From Nannocystales bacterium (lineage in GTDB: Bacteria; Myxococcota_A; Polyangia; Nannocystales; Nannocystaceae), in the NCBI GenBank assembly GCA_050633305.1, contig JBOEGF010000005.1:160001-224000 (forward strand): a stretch of DNA of 64,000 nt. The letters are read 5' to 3'. The notes under the pieces are model-generated. The model was not told where the DNA came from. It did not search any database and saw only the letters and a list, made by a program, of their open reading frames with translations. Each line of letters begins with the position of its first letter. The first letter of the stretch is position 1. A program made the position numbers and the translations under genes. Positions 19,355 through 28,076 of the stretch are shown piece by piece.

Positions 19355-20437
19355 CTACTTGAGGGGGGGTCCGGAGAGTCGAACCTCAAGGCCCACCAGG
19401 CCGCGAACGCCGACGGGCTCCGGGCGATAGACCCCTTCGACCATGGAGGGGTCGGAGGGATCGACGAGCTCAAAGTCGGGGAAACGCAGGGGCACGATCA
19501 CCTGAGCCGAGACCCAGAGGCTTAGGCGGTCCGCGAAGGCCCACCGAATTCCGGGCTCGGCGTGCGCCGCCAGCCAAAGGGCGTTGGTGATCCCGCCGCC
19601 CGGAGCGTTGCTGTCGGCACGCATCGCGCCCAACTCAACCCCGGCACAAAGGGGAATCTCGAGCGGCCCCGCAGGGAGGGTCGCGCAGAAGCGCGGCGCC
19701 ACCGTGCCGAGCTGGATACCGACACGCGCGTTGTCGCTCGTCGCATCGCGTTCGATCGAATACTGCCCCACAAGCTCGACGCGCAGGCGACCGGCCGCGC
19801 CGAGTCCCGCGAGCGCCACGCCAAGATCGAAGCTGCCGGTGCCTCCGGGGACCGCGCCGTACTCGCCGCCGCCTCGAACCCGGCCAAGAACACGGGGCAC
19901 GAATGGGGTGCGCGACCGATCGGCTCGGCGGGGCTCGGGCTCTCGTTGAGGTTCGGGCTCAGGCTCCGCTTCGACCGGAGGGGTTTGGGGCGGTTGCACC
20001 GGCGTTGCTGCGACCTCGTTCCGGGCAGCCTCGGCTGCAGCAGCCTCGTCCTCGATGCTGTCCGCGGCTTGAACGGGGTCGAGCATCACCACGGCAACCA
20101 GCGCGGCGGCGTCCGCGAGCACGCTACAGTCGTTGGCGTCGAGGCTTCGCTCATCGACCAAGGTACCGACGGTCGTCTTGAGGGTGAGGGTCCATCCTGA
20201 CGGGGCCGCCTCGATACGCCCGTCGAGCTTGAGTTCTGCGGGGTCGAGGGGTCGACCCAACAGCGCATCGATCTGTGATTGCACCCGCTCTTGGTCGGGG
20301 CAGCCCGCCGGCGCAGTCCACCGCACGGGCGGATCTGGGAGGACCGGCACCGGTTGGATGGCCGCGATGAGGCTCCAGGCCAACAAGAACCGGAGGGTAG
20401 CAGGCTGCCGACGTTGTTCGGAACGTACTGTAGCCAA
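19355..20437 (-). CDS. Myxobacterial secreted/outer-membrane protein upstream of the ECF gene
   Basis: WTAPAGCP N-terminal domain, Pro/Glu linker, C-terminal beta-strand domain; start uncertain. Confidence 0.65.
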   Translation of the reverse strand: MATVRSEQRRQPATLRFLLAWSLIAAIQPVPVLPDPPVRWTAPAGCPDQERVQSQIDALLGRPLDPAELKLDGRIEAAPSGWTLTLKTTVGTLVDERSLDANDCSVLADAAALVAVVMLDPVQAADSIEDEAAAAEAARNEVAATPVQPPQTPPVEAEPEPEPQREPEPRRADRSRTPFVPRVLGRVRGGGEYGAVPGGTGSFDLGVALAGLGAAGRLRVELVGQYSIERDATSDNARVGIQLGTVAPRFCATLPAGPLEIPLCAGVELGAMRADSNAPGGGITNALWLAAHAEPGIRWAFADRLSLWVSAQVIVPLRFPDFELVDPSDPSMVEGVYRPEPVGVRGLVGLEVRLSGPPLK

Positions 20438-20547
20438 CGCCGGCCCTGAATGTTGTCGGGCTCACTTGGAAGTCCCCGAACTCCTCTGTTCGGCGTTGCC
20501 CGAACACGGCAAAGTCGGCCGCGATGCCACGGAACGCCGGTCGAACC

Positions 20548-21330
20548 ATGTTGGGCAATGCGCTGTGGGCTCCGTACTCGGTTGCGGTCCTCGGTGGCGG
20601 ACTGGCGTGGATGGGGGGACTGTGGGCGAGCGCGCTTCCCTTCACGCTCTTCCAGCCGTTCGAGAAGTTCCAGATGAAGTGGGTGCAGCCCAATGTCGCG
20701 ACGCCGCTGAAGTTCGCGCTCAGCAAGCTCGACGTCGACTACGACCCCGGGTTCGACAAGACCAAGATGTCGGTCTTCATGCAGAACCACGTCAGCATGT
20801 TCGACGCAGGCATCGCGTGCGGCTCGATCCCGGTTCCGTTGTGCGGGCTCGAGAACGCCGCGCACCTGCAGCTTCCCGGCTACGGGTGGCTGTTGAGGAT
20901 GTCCAACGCGATCCCTGTTCGGAAGGGCGGCCGGCGCTACGAGGAGATCGCAGCCGCGTTCGAGGAGCGTGCGTCGCGGGGTATCTCAGTCCTGACCTTC
21001 CCCGAAGCTCACCGGACGCTCGACGGAAACGTGGGCAAGTTCAAGCGGGGCGTCTTCAAGATCTCGGTAAAATCCAACCTTCCGATCGCACCCCTGTGCG
21101 TGCGCGGTGCCTACAAGCTGCTGCCCAAGGGCCAGTTCACGATTCGGCCGGCCAAGGTCGAGGTGTACATGCCTCCGCAGATCGACACGACCGCGCTCAC
21201 CGACGACGATGTGCCCGAGTTGATGGAGCGCGTGCACGAGGTGATGCGGTCGTGGGTCGAGGATGGTGTCAAGCGCCCCGAACTCTGCACGGCGCCGTTC
21301 GGCTCCCAGCGGACGGACACCGAGGCCTGA
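20548..21330 (+). CDS. 1-acyl-sn-glycerol-3-phosphate acyltransferase family (PlsC-like)
   Basis: NHVSMFD (HX4D), FPEAHRT, FKRGVF motifs. Confidence 0.88.
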   Translation: MLGNALWAPYSVAVLGGGLAWMGGLWASALPFTLFQPFEKFQMKWVQPNVATPLKFALSKLDVDYDPGFDKTKMSVFMQNHVSMFDAGIACGSIPVPLCGLENAAHLQLPGYGWLLRMSNAIPVRKGGRRYEEIAAAFEERASRGISVLTFPEAHRTLDGNVGKFKRGVFKISVKSNLPIAPLCVRGAYKLLPKGQFTIRPAKVEVYMPPQIDTTALTDDDVPELMERVHEVMRSWVEDGVKRPELCTAPFGSQRTDTEA

Positions 21331-21536
21331 CTCCGCTCGCAGCGCACCTCGACACCATGTGGCCCCGGATGGGTCGTTTCGGAAACCTGTAGGGGTGTTT
21401 CAGGACAACACGCAGATCGTATCGCTTTGGATCGAGGCGACGTCGGTTGCTTGCGGCGTGCCGGACTAACCCCCCAGGATCACGTCATACTGGGCCGCTC
21501 GAGCCCGGTGGCGTCCTCCTTGCTCCATACGGCGGA

Positions 21537-22145
21537 GTGGTGGGGCGAGGATGGTTCATGGGGGTACTGCTGTGCTTGTCGGCCTGCGGGGGCGCAGCAT
21601 CCGAGGCATCTGCTGAGCGTGGGCTCGGCGACGCGGACGGGGTCTACGGCTCCTGTGCCGAGCAGGCATGCGGTGAGGCGCCTGTGGGCGGGAACTGTTG
21701 GTGCGACGAAGCTTGTGTCGAACACGGGGATTGCTGCGGGGACAAGGTCGACGCGTGTGGCGGAGTCGGGCCGGACCCCCTGCTGCCGGTTCTTTGCGAC
21801 TCGCCGACGGACTGCTCGTCGGGCCTCACCTGCGACACCTCGGCCTGCTACTCGAGTTGCCGCGAAGGCGAGGACTGTGACGAAGAATGCTTGGGTCTGT
21901 GCGTCGAGCCCCAGCAGCAGGCCCTCCCGGCCCCGACCCCTGATGACGGAGACCCTGGCGAACCGGAGGACGAGCCGGAGTCGGAGGACGAGCCCGACCC
22001 AGACTCGGATGACGCGGTCGAGCCGGAGATCCCCGAGTGCAACTGCGAGGATGAAGCGGACCTGTGTGTCCCGCTGTGTCCGGTTTGCCCCCCTGAGGTT
22101 CCCGACGCGGAGTGTCAGTGCACCGTGGTGTGCGTGACCGTCTGA
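21537..22145 (+). CDS. Cys-rich lipoprotein with somatomedin-B-like module
   Basis: LSAC lipobox; GSCAEQACG...CWCDEACVEHGDCCGD matches SMB Cys spacing; acidic linker; start 21537 or 21558. Confidence 0.7.
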   Translation: MVGRGWFMGVLLCLSACGGAASEASAERGLGDADGVYGSCAEQACGEAPVGGNCWCDEACVEHGDCCGDKVDACGGVGPDPLLPVLCDSPTDCSSGLTCDTSACYSSCREGEDCDEECLGLCVEPQQQALPAPTPDDGDPGEPEDEPESEDEPDPDSDDAVEPEIPECNCEDEADLCVPLCPVCPPEVPDAECQCTVVCVTV

Positions 22146-22164
22146 GAGCGATATCCTGTGGGCG

Positions 22165-23106
22165 TTGAGTTCCACACCAGGCCGGCCCGCAGATGCTCCC
22201 TCCTTCGCCGAGATCGAGGCCTTCACGGCCGTGGTCGCGCACGGGAGCTTTTCTTCCGCCGCAACCCGGCTTGGGGTTGCGAAGTCCAGCGTCAGTCGTC
22301 GGGTGGCTTCGCTCGAGCAACGGTTGGGCGCACGGCTCTTGCAACGCTCGACGCGGCGACTCGCGCTGACTGAGGTCGGCGAGCGCTACCACCAACAGGT
22401 CGCGCTCGCGCTCGAAGGGCTTCGTGCTGCTGAGGATGCCGTCCGCGAAGTCCAGGACGAACCGCGCGGCGAGTTGAGGGTGACCGCACCCGTGGACCTC
22501 GGCGCCCTGCTCGGGTCGCTGATTGCAGAGTTTCGTGCCGCGTTCCCCAAGGTCGTCGTCAGCGCCACGCTCACCCAGCGCCGGGTTGACCTCGTTCGGG
22601 AAGGCTTCGACATCGCGCTTCGAGCAGGCGAACTCCAAGACAGCTCGTTGATGGCGAGGAAGCTCGATGGTGGCGAGAGTGTCGTCATCGCGTCCCCCGG
22701 TTTCCTCGAGCTTCACGAACGACCGACGACGCTCGCGGAAGTGGCGGAGCTTCCCTGGGTGCTTTTTCGGGGCAACCACGGCCAGATGACGTTGTCGTGG
22801 AACGATCTCGCCGGGGAACCCGTCGTCGTGCGAGGGGAAATCACGGGGGACGAGTTTGGATTCGTGCGTGCCGCCGTGGCCCAGGGTGCTGGGATCGGCG
22901 TGGTGCCGCGTTTCGTGGCCGAAGAGGACTTGCAAGCGGGGCGGTTGGTCCGGCTTCTTCCCGAGCTGCCCAAGCTGCGCACCTCCTTGGCGCTGGTCTT
23001 TCCAAGCCGCGAGTACATGCCGGCCAAGGTCCGCGCGTTCACGGACTTCGCCGTCCCGTGGTTCAGACGTACGCTCTCGTACGACGAGTCACCAGCGTCG
23101 TCATGA
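22165..23106 (+). CDS. LysR-family transcriptional regulator (CrgA/DmlR-like)
   Basis: GSFSSAATRLGVAKSSVSRRVASLEQRLGARLLQRSTRRLALTEVG HTH; DLVREGFDIALR; PAKVRAFTDF. Confidence 0.93.
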   Translation: MSSTPGRPADAPSFAEIEAFTAVVAHGSFSSAATRLGVAKSSVSRRVASLEQRLGARLLQRSTRRLALTEVGERYHQQVALALEGLRAAEDAVREVQDEPRGELRVTAPVDLGALLGSLIAEFRAAFPKVVVSATLTQRRVDLVREGFDIALRAGELQDSSLMARKLDGGESVVIASPGFLELHERPTTLAEVAELPWVLFRGNHGQMTLSWNDLAGEPVVVRGEITGDEFGFVRAAVAQGAGIGVVPRFVAEEDLQAGRLVRLLPELPKLRTSLALVFPSREYMPAKVRAFTDFAVPWFRRTLSYDESPASS

Positions 23107-23196
23107 CCCCTCGCCCCGATCCTTCGCGAGCCACCGCGTCGAGGTTACGAGATGTGCTCTGGTCTCGCGAAACCGGAACTCCTTCGCGCCTGCGGC

Positions 23197-24099
23197 TCAT
23201 CGGACAACGTCGATGCTGAAGGCACGCCATGCGACGCCGCCCCGAGCGTCCGTCACAACGACCCAAGCGTGAACGGTGGTGGCCTCGGGTGGGGCGGTCC
23301 ACAAAGTGGATGCGACCGGAGGCGCGCTCTGCGAGTCGGTCAGGGTCTGTTGGCCCGCGCTCAGCTGACCGTCTGTGACGAACCACTGGACTCGCAGCCA
23401 TTCTCGTTCGTCGACGAGGACACCGTTCGCGCTGTCGTAGCGCACGTAGGCCTCGGCGGCGGTGGTGGGCAACTCGACCGTGATGGTTGTCTCCGAGTCG
23501 TGGTTGACGGTGGCGATGTCGTTGGCGGAAAGGGGGACTTCGTCGAGCGAGACTTCGTGAATCCGTGGCGTCTCGTTTGCGAGGTAGCGTTCTTCAAAGG
23601 CGTCAAAGATCGCCCGGGTCACGCCGGGGAGGTCGCACCGAATGCGGAGGGCGCCAAACGCCACGGCATCGCCCGCTTGGGCCCGAACCGGAAGAAAGTA
23701 GCCCCCACTCGGGTCGGGGTCCGCAGGTCGCTGGGGCTCCGAGTCTCCCTCGGTTGGCGGTGGGTTGGGTCCGAAGCGCGCGCAGGCGTCGGAGAGAACG
23801 AGCATCGACGCGGGGGTCGGCTCGAGAAACTCTTCTTCGAGGCATGGTGCGGTGACTGACGTCCGCTCTGCAGCGGTCCGGGGCCGGGTGCAGACCGACC
23901 ACGTTGGAGTCTCGGCGAGTGTGCCGTCCAGGGACACGGCCAACGTGGAGAGCATGACGGGGTCACCCGGGCGGGCCTCCGCAGGCGTGGATGCGATCGC
24001 GAGGACGCGGGGCTCCTCGACCCGCCAGGGCGCATCGTCGAACTCGGGGGTGCACCCCAGGACCGCGAACGAAGCCAGCGCTGCTGCCAGGCGGGTCAT
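23197..24099 (-). CDS. Lipoprotein, last gene of the TonB-dependent receptor operon
   Basis: ATG 24099 overlaps the receptor stop (ATGA); FAVLGC lipobox; PRVLAI...DARGGVAW myxobacterial pattern. Confidence 0.75.
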   Translation of the reverse strand: MTRLAAALASFAVLGCTPEFDDAPWRVEEPRVLAIASTPAEARPGDPVMLSTLAVSLDGTLAETPTWSVCTRPRTAAERTSVTAPCLEEEFLEPTPASMLVLSDACARFGPNPPPTEGDSEPQRPADPDPSGGYFLPVRAQAGDAVAFGALRIRCDLPGVTRAIFDAFEERYLANETPRIHEVSLDEVPLSANDIATVNHDSETTITVELPTTAAEAYVRYDSANGVLVDEREWLRVQWFVTDGQLSAGQQTLTDSQSAPPVASTLWTAPPEATTVHAWVVVTDARGGVAWRAFSIDVVR

Positions 24100-26453
24100 A
24101 GCCGGACCTCCACACCGAGCATCGGCAGCACTGGGAGGCCTCGTACAACGCCTCGGCGCGTGTAGTCGGCGCTGTAGAAGTACTCGTACGCGTTCGCACG
24201 GTTGGTGGCGTTCTGCACGTCGAGCCAGGTTTCGAGGGAGGCTGAGGGCCACGACTTCCGGTATGCCAAACGGGCGGACAGCTCGAAGAACAGCGGGAGT
24301 CGAGTGGCGTTGTGGGACGCGAAGACCGGGTCCCAGTTGGCCGATCGGGTGTTGGGTACGGCGGTCGCGACTGCGGTCCGTGGAAAACCCGAGGTCAGCG
24401 ACGCGCGGCCGTCCACGGACACCCCCGATCTGTGAGTCCACGATGCGGTCGCGGTCAACAGGTGGGGCTGGTCGAAGTCCGAGCGACGCCAGCTGGCCGC
24501 GCCCGGGTCCTGCCGCTCCGTGCGGGTCCAACCGTAGACCAGCCGGGTGGAGACGCTGTCGATCGGTCGGGCCGTCGCGACAACTTGGCCGCCGAAGCTT
24601 CGGCTCTCCGTCTCGTTGCTCAGCAGGGCGGCCGTGGGTGGAGTTGGGCTGGGAGTGCGGCCGACCAGGCCGTGACCTCGGAGGAAGAACCCCATCGCCC
24701 CAAGGCTGAGCCGTTCGAACACCCCACCGCTGAGGCCGCCCACGACATGCTCAGAGGTTGCGGGCCGTAGCCGGGGGTTGCCGAACACCGGCGAGAGGTC
24801 TCCGGCATCGGGAGACTGCATGTAGCGTCCTCCTGCGGCGAACGTGGTCAGGCTCTGGGTGGGGGTCCATCGCAGCTGCGCCCGAGGAAGGACGCCCACC
24901 TGGGTCGCGGCGTGGCCGATCGCGGGCTCCACCGGCCGAACCGGCAGGATGCGGTCTCCCGCCTGGAGCGTGGGCTCGATACGAATACCGGGCTCGAATC
25001 GCCATCGGTCGTCGCTCCAAGAGAACGCCGTGGTGGCGTAGCCGGCCACAGAGGCCTGGGTCGACCGCCACGCGTCCGCGCCGACGCGGTCCCCGGGGGG
25101 CTGACCGAACACGGTGATGTCGCCTTCGCGGGCGGGAAGCGTCAGCGCACCTTCACGTTGCAACGAGGCTCGGGCGAGCTCCCCATCGATGCCCCAACGC
25201 AACTCCAACCATCGTGTCAGCGGGCGCGCCTGCGCGAGACGGACTCCACCTCGCCAGGTGTCGCTTTGGGCTCCGACCGCCACGGTTGTGAAGTCTTGGC
25301 GGACTCGGTCTCGGTCCACCCCGAACCACGAGGCAACCTCCGCGGTCCCGCCGTCGCTGCGGGTCCACTGCAGCCGCGCACCCAAGCGGTGGAATCCCGC
25401 GAAGGTGGTCTCCGAGAAGGCGACATCCGCCGTCCGGGCAGGCAAGGAGCGCTGGACCCGGTCCTCGGCGCCCAAGCCCAGAACGTGCAGCGTGAGGTCG
25501 TGGCGAAGCTCGACCGTTGCCTTCGCTTGGTAGTCCCAGCTCTCGGGTAGTGGCACGACCTCGCGAGTCGAACGGGGGGCGACGCGGCCGAAGGTTTGGG
25601 ACAAGACGCTTCGTCGGATGGAGAGCGCCAGGTGGCCCCGATCTCCAGCGAACGTGTCAACGCCCGCGCCGACGTCGATCGGGTCGGCGCGGACATAGCC
25701 ACCCACACGCTTCGCTCGATCGACAGGAGGGTCGGCCGTGGTGACGCGGATGAGGCCGCCGAGGGCTCGGCCATATCGTGCGCCGTATCCACCGGGGGAC
25801 ACGGAGACCGATCCCACCCGGGGCGAGGGAAGCACGGAGCGGCCGCCGCCCATATGGAACAACCGCGGGACGAGAATCCAGTCGACTTGTCGGCGTGTCT
25901 GGGACGGAGGTGTCCCCCATAGGACGAGCTCGCCGGTTCCGAGCGCGGGGCGTCCTACACCCCCGAGAACTTGTGCTGCCTTGATCGCGTCTCCCTGGCT
26001 CCCAGCGACCCGTTGTCCCTCTTTGGCGTCGAGCGTCGCTTCGGCGGATTCGAGGGCCGGGCGAACGGTGCGAACCTCTTCGAGTTCGTCGATGGTGTCG
26101 TCGGGGGGGGAAGCGACCGGTTCGGGCTCGAAGACGTAGACGAACTCGATCTCCACCGGGATGGGCGTGGTGCCTTCGCGGGCGGGCGTGAACACGAACG
26201 CCTCCGCAGCCTGGAGGGCCGCTCCCTCGAACGCCGGGTCGGTCGAGCCGAGAACACGAGCGGACTCGACGAGGCCATCGATGCCGATCACCAGCGCGAG
26301 GGTGACCTCGGCTCGTTCGGTTGGAGGAGGCCCGTCCGGGCGCACGGCGGTCGGGCTGTCCACGAGCGTGGGCGGGACGACGGCGGATTCCTCGCTCGCC
26401 GATGGTTGGGCGCCGAGCAAGCCCGCGACGACGAGCAGGGCAGCAGGGGACAC
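24096..26453 (-). CDS. TonB-dependent receptor with N-terminal TonB-C-like domain
   Basis: GTG 26453; TonB_C-like segment (LVIGIDGLV...FTPA), plug-like PGGYGARYGRALGG, GNPRLRP, DVQNATN, C-terminal LGVEVRL. Confidence 0.85.
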   Translation of the reverse strand: MSPAALLVVAGLLGAQPSASEESAVVPPTLVDSPTAVRPDGPPPTERAEVTLALVIGIDGLVESARVLGSTDPAFEGAALQAAEAFVFTPAREGTTPIPVEIEFVYVFEPEPVASPPDDTIDELEEVRTVRPALESAEATLDAKEGQRVAGSQGDAIKAAQVLGGVGRPALGTGELVLWGTPPSQTRRQVDWILVPRLFHMGGGRSVLPSPRVGSVSVSPGGYGARYGRALGGLIRVTTADPPVDRAKRVGGYVRADPIDVGAGVDTFAGDRGHLALSIRRSVLSQTFGRVAPRSTREVVPLPESWDYQAKATVELRHDLTLHVLGLGAEDRVQRSLPARTADVAFSETTFAGFHRLGARLQWTRSDGGTAEVASWFGVDRDRVRQDFTTVAVGAQSDTWRGGVRLAQARPLTRWLELRWGIDGELARASLQREGALTLPAREGDITVFGQPPGDRVGADAWRSTQASVAGYATTAFSWSDDRWRFEPGIRIEPTLQAGDRILPVRPVEPAIGHAATQVGVLPRAQLRWTPTQSLTTFAAGGRYMQSPDAGDLSPVFGNPRLRPATSEHVVGGLSGGVFERLSLGAMGFFLRGHGLVGRTPSPTPPTAALLSNETESRSFGGQVVATARPIDSVSTRLVYGWTRTERQDPGAASWRRSDFDQPHLLTATASWTHRSGVSVDGRASLTSGFPRTAVATAVPNTRSANWDPVFASHNATRLPLFFELSARLAYRKSWPSASLETWLDVQNATNRANAYEYFYSADYTRRGVVRGLPVLPMLGVEVRL

Positions 26454-26454
26454 G

Positions 26455-27189
26455 CTAGCCTCCGGTGAACTTCCACGCCTTCGCGTAGGTTGAGGCGACT
26501 GGTCTGCCGCACGCCGTCGCGGGCTTGAACTGCCAGCGTGCGAAGGCGTCCCTCGCCGGAGGTTCGACCAAGGCGCCGGGCGATTCCACGACCTTGATGG
26601 ACGTGACCATGCCGCTACGGTCAACGCTTGCGCGCAGGACGAGCTTCCCCGAAATGCCGGAGCGGAGCGCCGCGGAGGGAAACTTGGCCTTCACCTTGGT
26701 GGTGGGCACCGGTTTCACCACTGGTTCGGTGCAGCGCTTGGCGTTGCCGCGCTGCTGCCCTTTCGGAGGCCGGGCGTTGCTGTACCGCTTGCCGAGCTTT
26801 CGTGGTGCGGAGCCCGCGGTCGAGGGGGTCGGGGTCGGGGACGCCGACGCCGGTGCAGGGCCGGGTGAGCTCTCGGGGGCAGGGGGCAGGGGGCTCGGGT
26901 TCGGAGGCGCGGGACTTGGGCTTGGCGTGGGCCGTCGTGGCCGTGGCGTGGGTGCGGGCGGTTCGGGGGTCGGCGACTCGGGCTCGGGACCAGGCTCTGG
27001 CTCGGGGGTGGGCTCGGGTTCGGGGGTCGCTGCGATCGGAGCGGCCGGCTCGGGAAGATCGACGAGCTCGATCGTGGTGACCTCGAGCGGCGGATCCGGC
27101 GGAGGCTCGACGTCGACGTCGAGGCTGCCCAAACCGAGGAACGCCACCGCGTGGGTCAGCAGCGTCGCAAATCCGGCGATCGCCTTCAT
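26455..27189 (-). CDS. tonB: Energy transducer TonB family protein
   Basis: N-terminal TM with SxxxH-like LLTHA, EP/Pro-rich spacer, C-terminal FPSAALRSGISG...WQFKPA domain. Confidence 0.85.
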   Translation of the reverse strand: MKAIAGFATLLTHAVAFLGLGSLDVDVEPPPDPPLEVTTIELVDLPEPAAPIAATPEPEPTPEPEPGPEPESPTPEPPAPTPRPRRPTPSPSPAPPNPSPLPPAPESSPGPAPASASPTPTPSTAGSAPRKLGKRYSNARPPKGQQRGNAKRCTEPVVKPVPTTKVKAKFPSAALRSGISGKLVLRASVDRSGMVTSIKVVESPGALVEPPARDAFARWQFKPATACGRPVASTYAKAWKFTGG

Positions 27190-28076
27190 TCCACCTCGAA
27201 CTCGAGGACCAACAGGCCGGGAACCTCGCCCGACCGCGCGTGTTCTCGGGCGTCGAACGCGTACAACGTGCCCCCGGAGCGCGCGAGTGCGTCGGTTCCT
27301 TGGAGTGCCGTGGCCTCGAAGTTCACCGCAGCCGCGTCACAGGCCGAAAAAAGCTCGGCGTACACACGGTAGCGGCCTGGCGGTGGTTCGACTTGCCACA
27401 CCACATTCTCCCGGTTGCGCAGGTCCAGCGTGCACTGCTGGTTTGAGTCGTAGTCGTGGTAGCCACCCAGTGTCGCTCCATCGGGCGGCGGCTGGACGCC
27501 GGGTGTGGGCTCGAACGCGTTGATGTTCTTCGCCCCTACGATCACGCCCGAGGGCAGCTCGACATGGAGGTCGAGGTCGACGGGTGCGTCCCAGCCCAAC
27601 GACACCAACAGTTCCGACGGCGGCACATCCGACTGCAGCTCGAACGTTGCGACGGTGATCGCACCGGCTCGGCCATCTTCGTCGACGGCCTGGAGCTCGA
27701 CCTCGAGGGTGTCGGATTCGATCGCGTGGGAGAACTCGAGTTCGGTGCCGAAGAGGAGCTCGTCCGCGATCACGAAGTCGAACCCCGATGGTGCGACTTG
27801 CCAGTGGTTGTCATCGCCGACGCCGTGCACCAGCAGGGACACCCCTCCGGAGCCCAGCCGGCCGCCCAGTTGCACGGTGCCCTCGCCACGACGGACCCCG
27901 ATCTGCGGAGTCAGCACTTGGGTGACCGAGGGACCACCTTGCTGTGGCGGGAGGCCTCCACGCTGCAGCTGAGCCTCGTGGACACGCAGCCGCAGGTCAA
28001 GGCCCATGCCGGGGAGCGAAGGGCTCTCGTTGCACGAGAGCGCCAGCAGAGACAGGGCCGCGGCAAGCCTTTGCAT
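27186..28076 (-). CDS. Lipoprotein with YfaP/DUF2135-like domain
   Basis: ATG 28076 overlaps the upstream stop; LALSC lipobox; LVSLGWDAPVDLDLHVELPSG, ENVVW, PPGRYRV. Confidence 0.7.
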   Translation of the reverse strand: MQRLAAALSLLALSCNESPSLPGMGLDLRLRVHEAQLQRGGLPPQQGGPSVTQVLTPQIGVRRGEGTVQLGGRLGSGGVSLLVHGVGDDNHWQVAPSGFDFVIADELLFGTELEFSHAIESDTLEVELQAVDEDGRAGAITVATFELQSDVPPSELLVSLGWDAPVDLDLHVELPSGVIVGAKNINAFEPTPGVQPPPDGATLGGYHDYDSNQQCTLDLRNRENVVWQVEPPPGRYRVYAELFSACDAAAVNFEATALQGTDALARSGGTLYAFDAREHARSGEVPGLLVLEFEVE

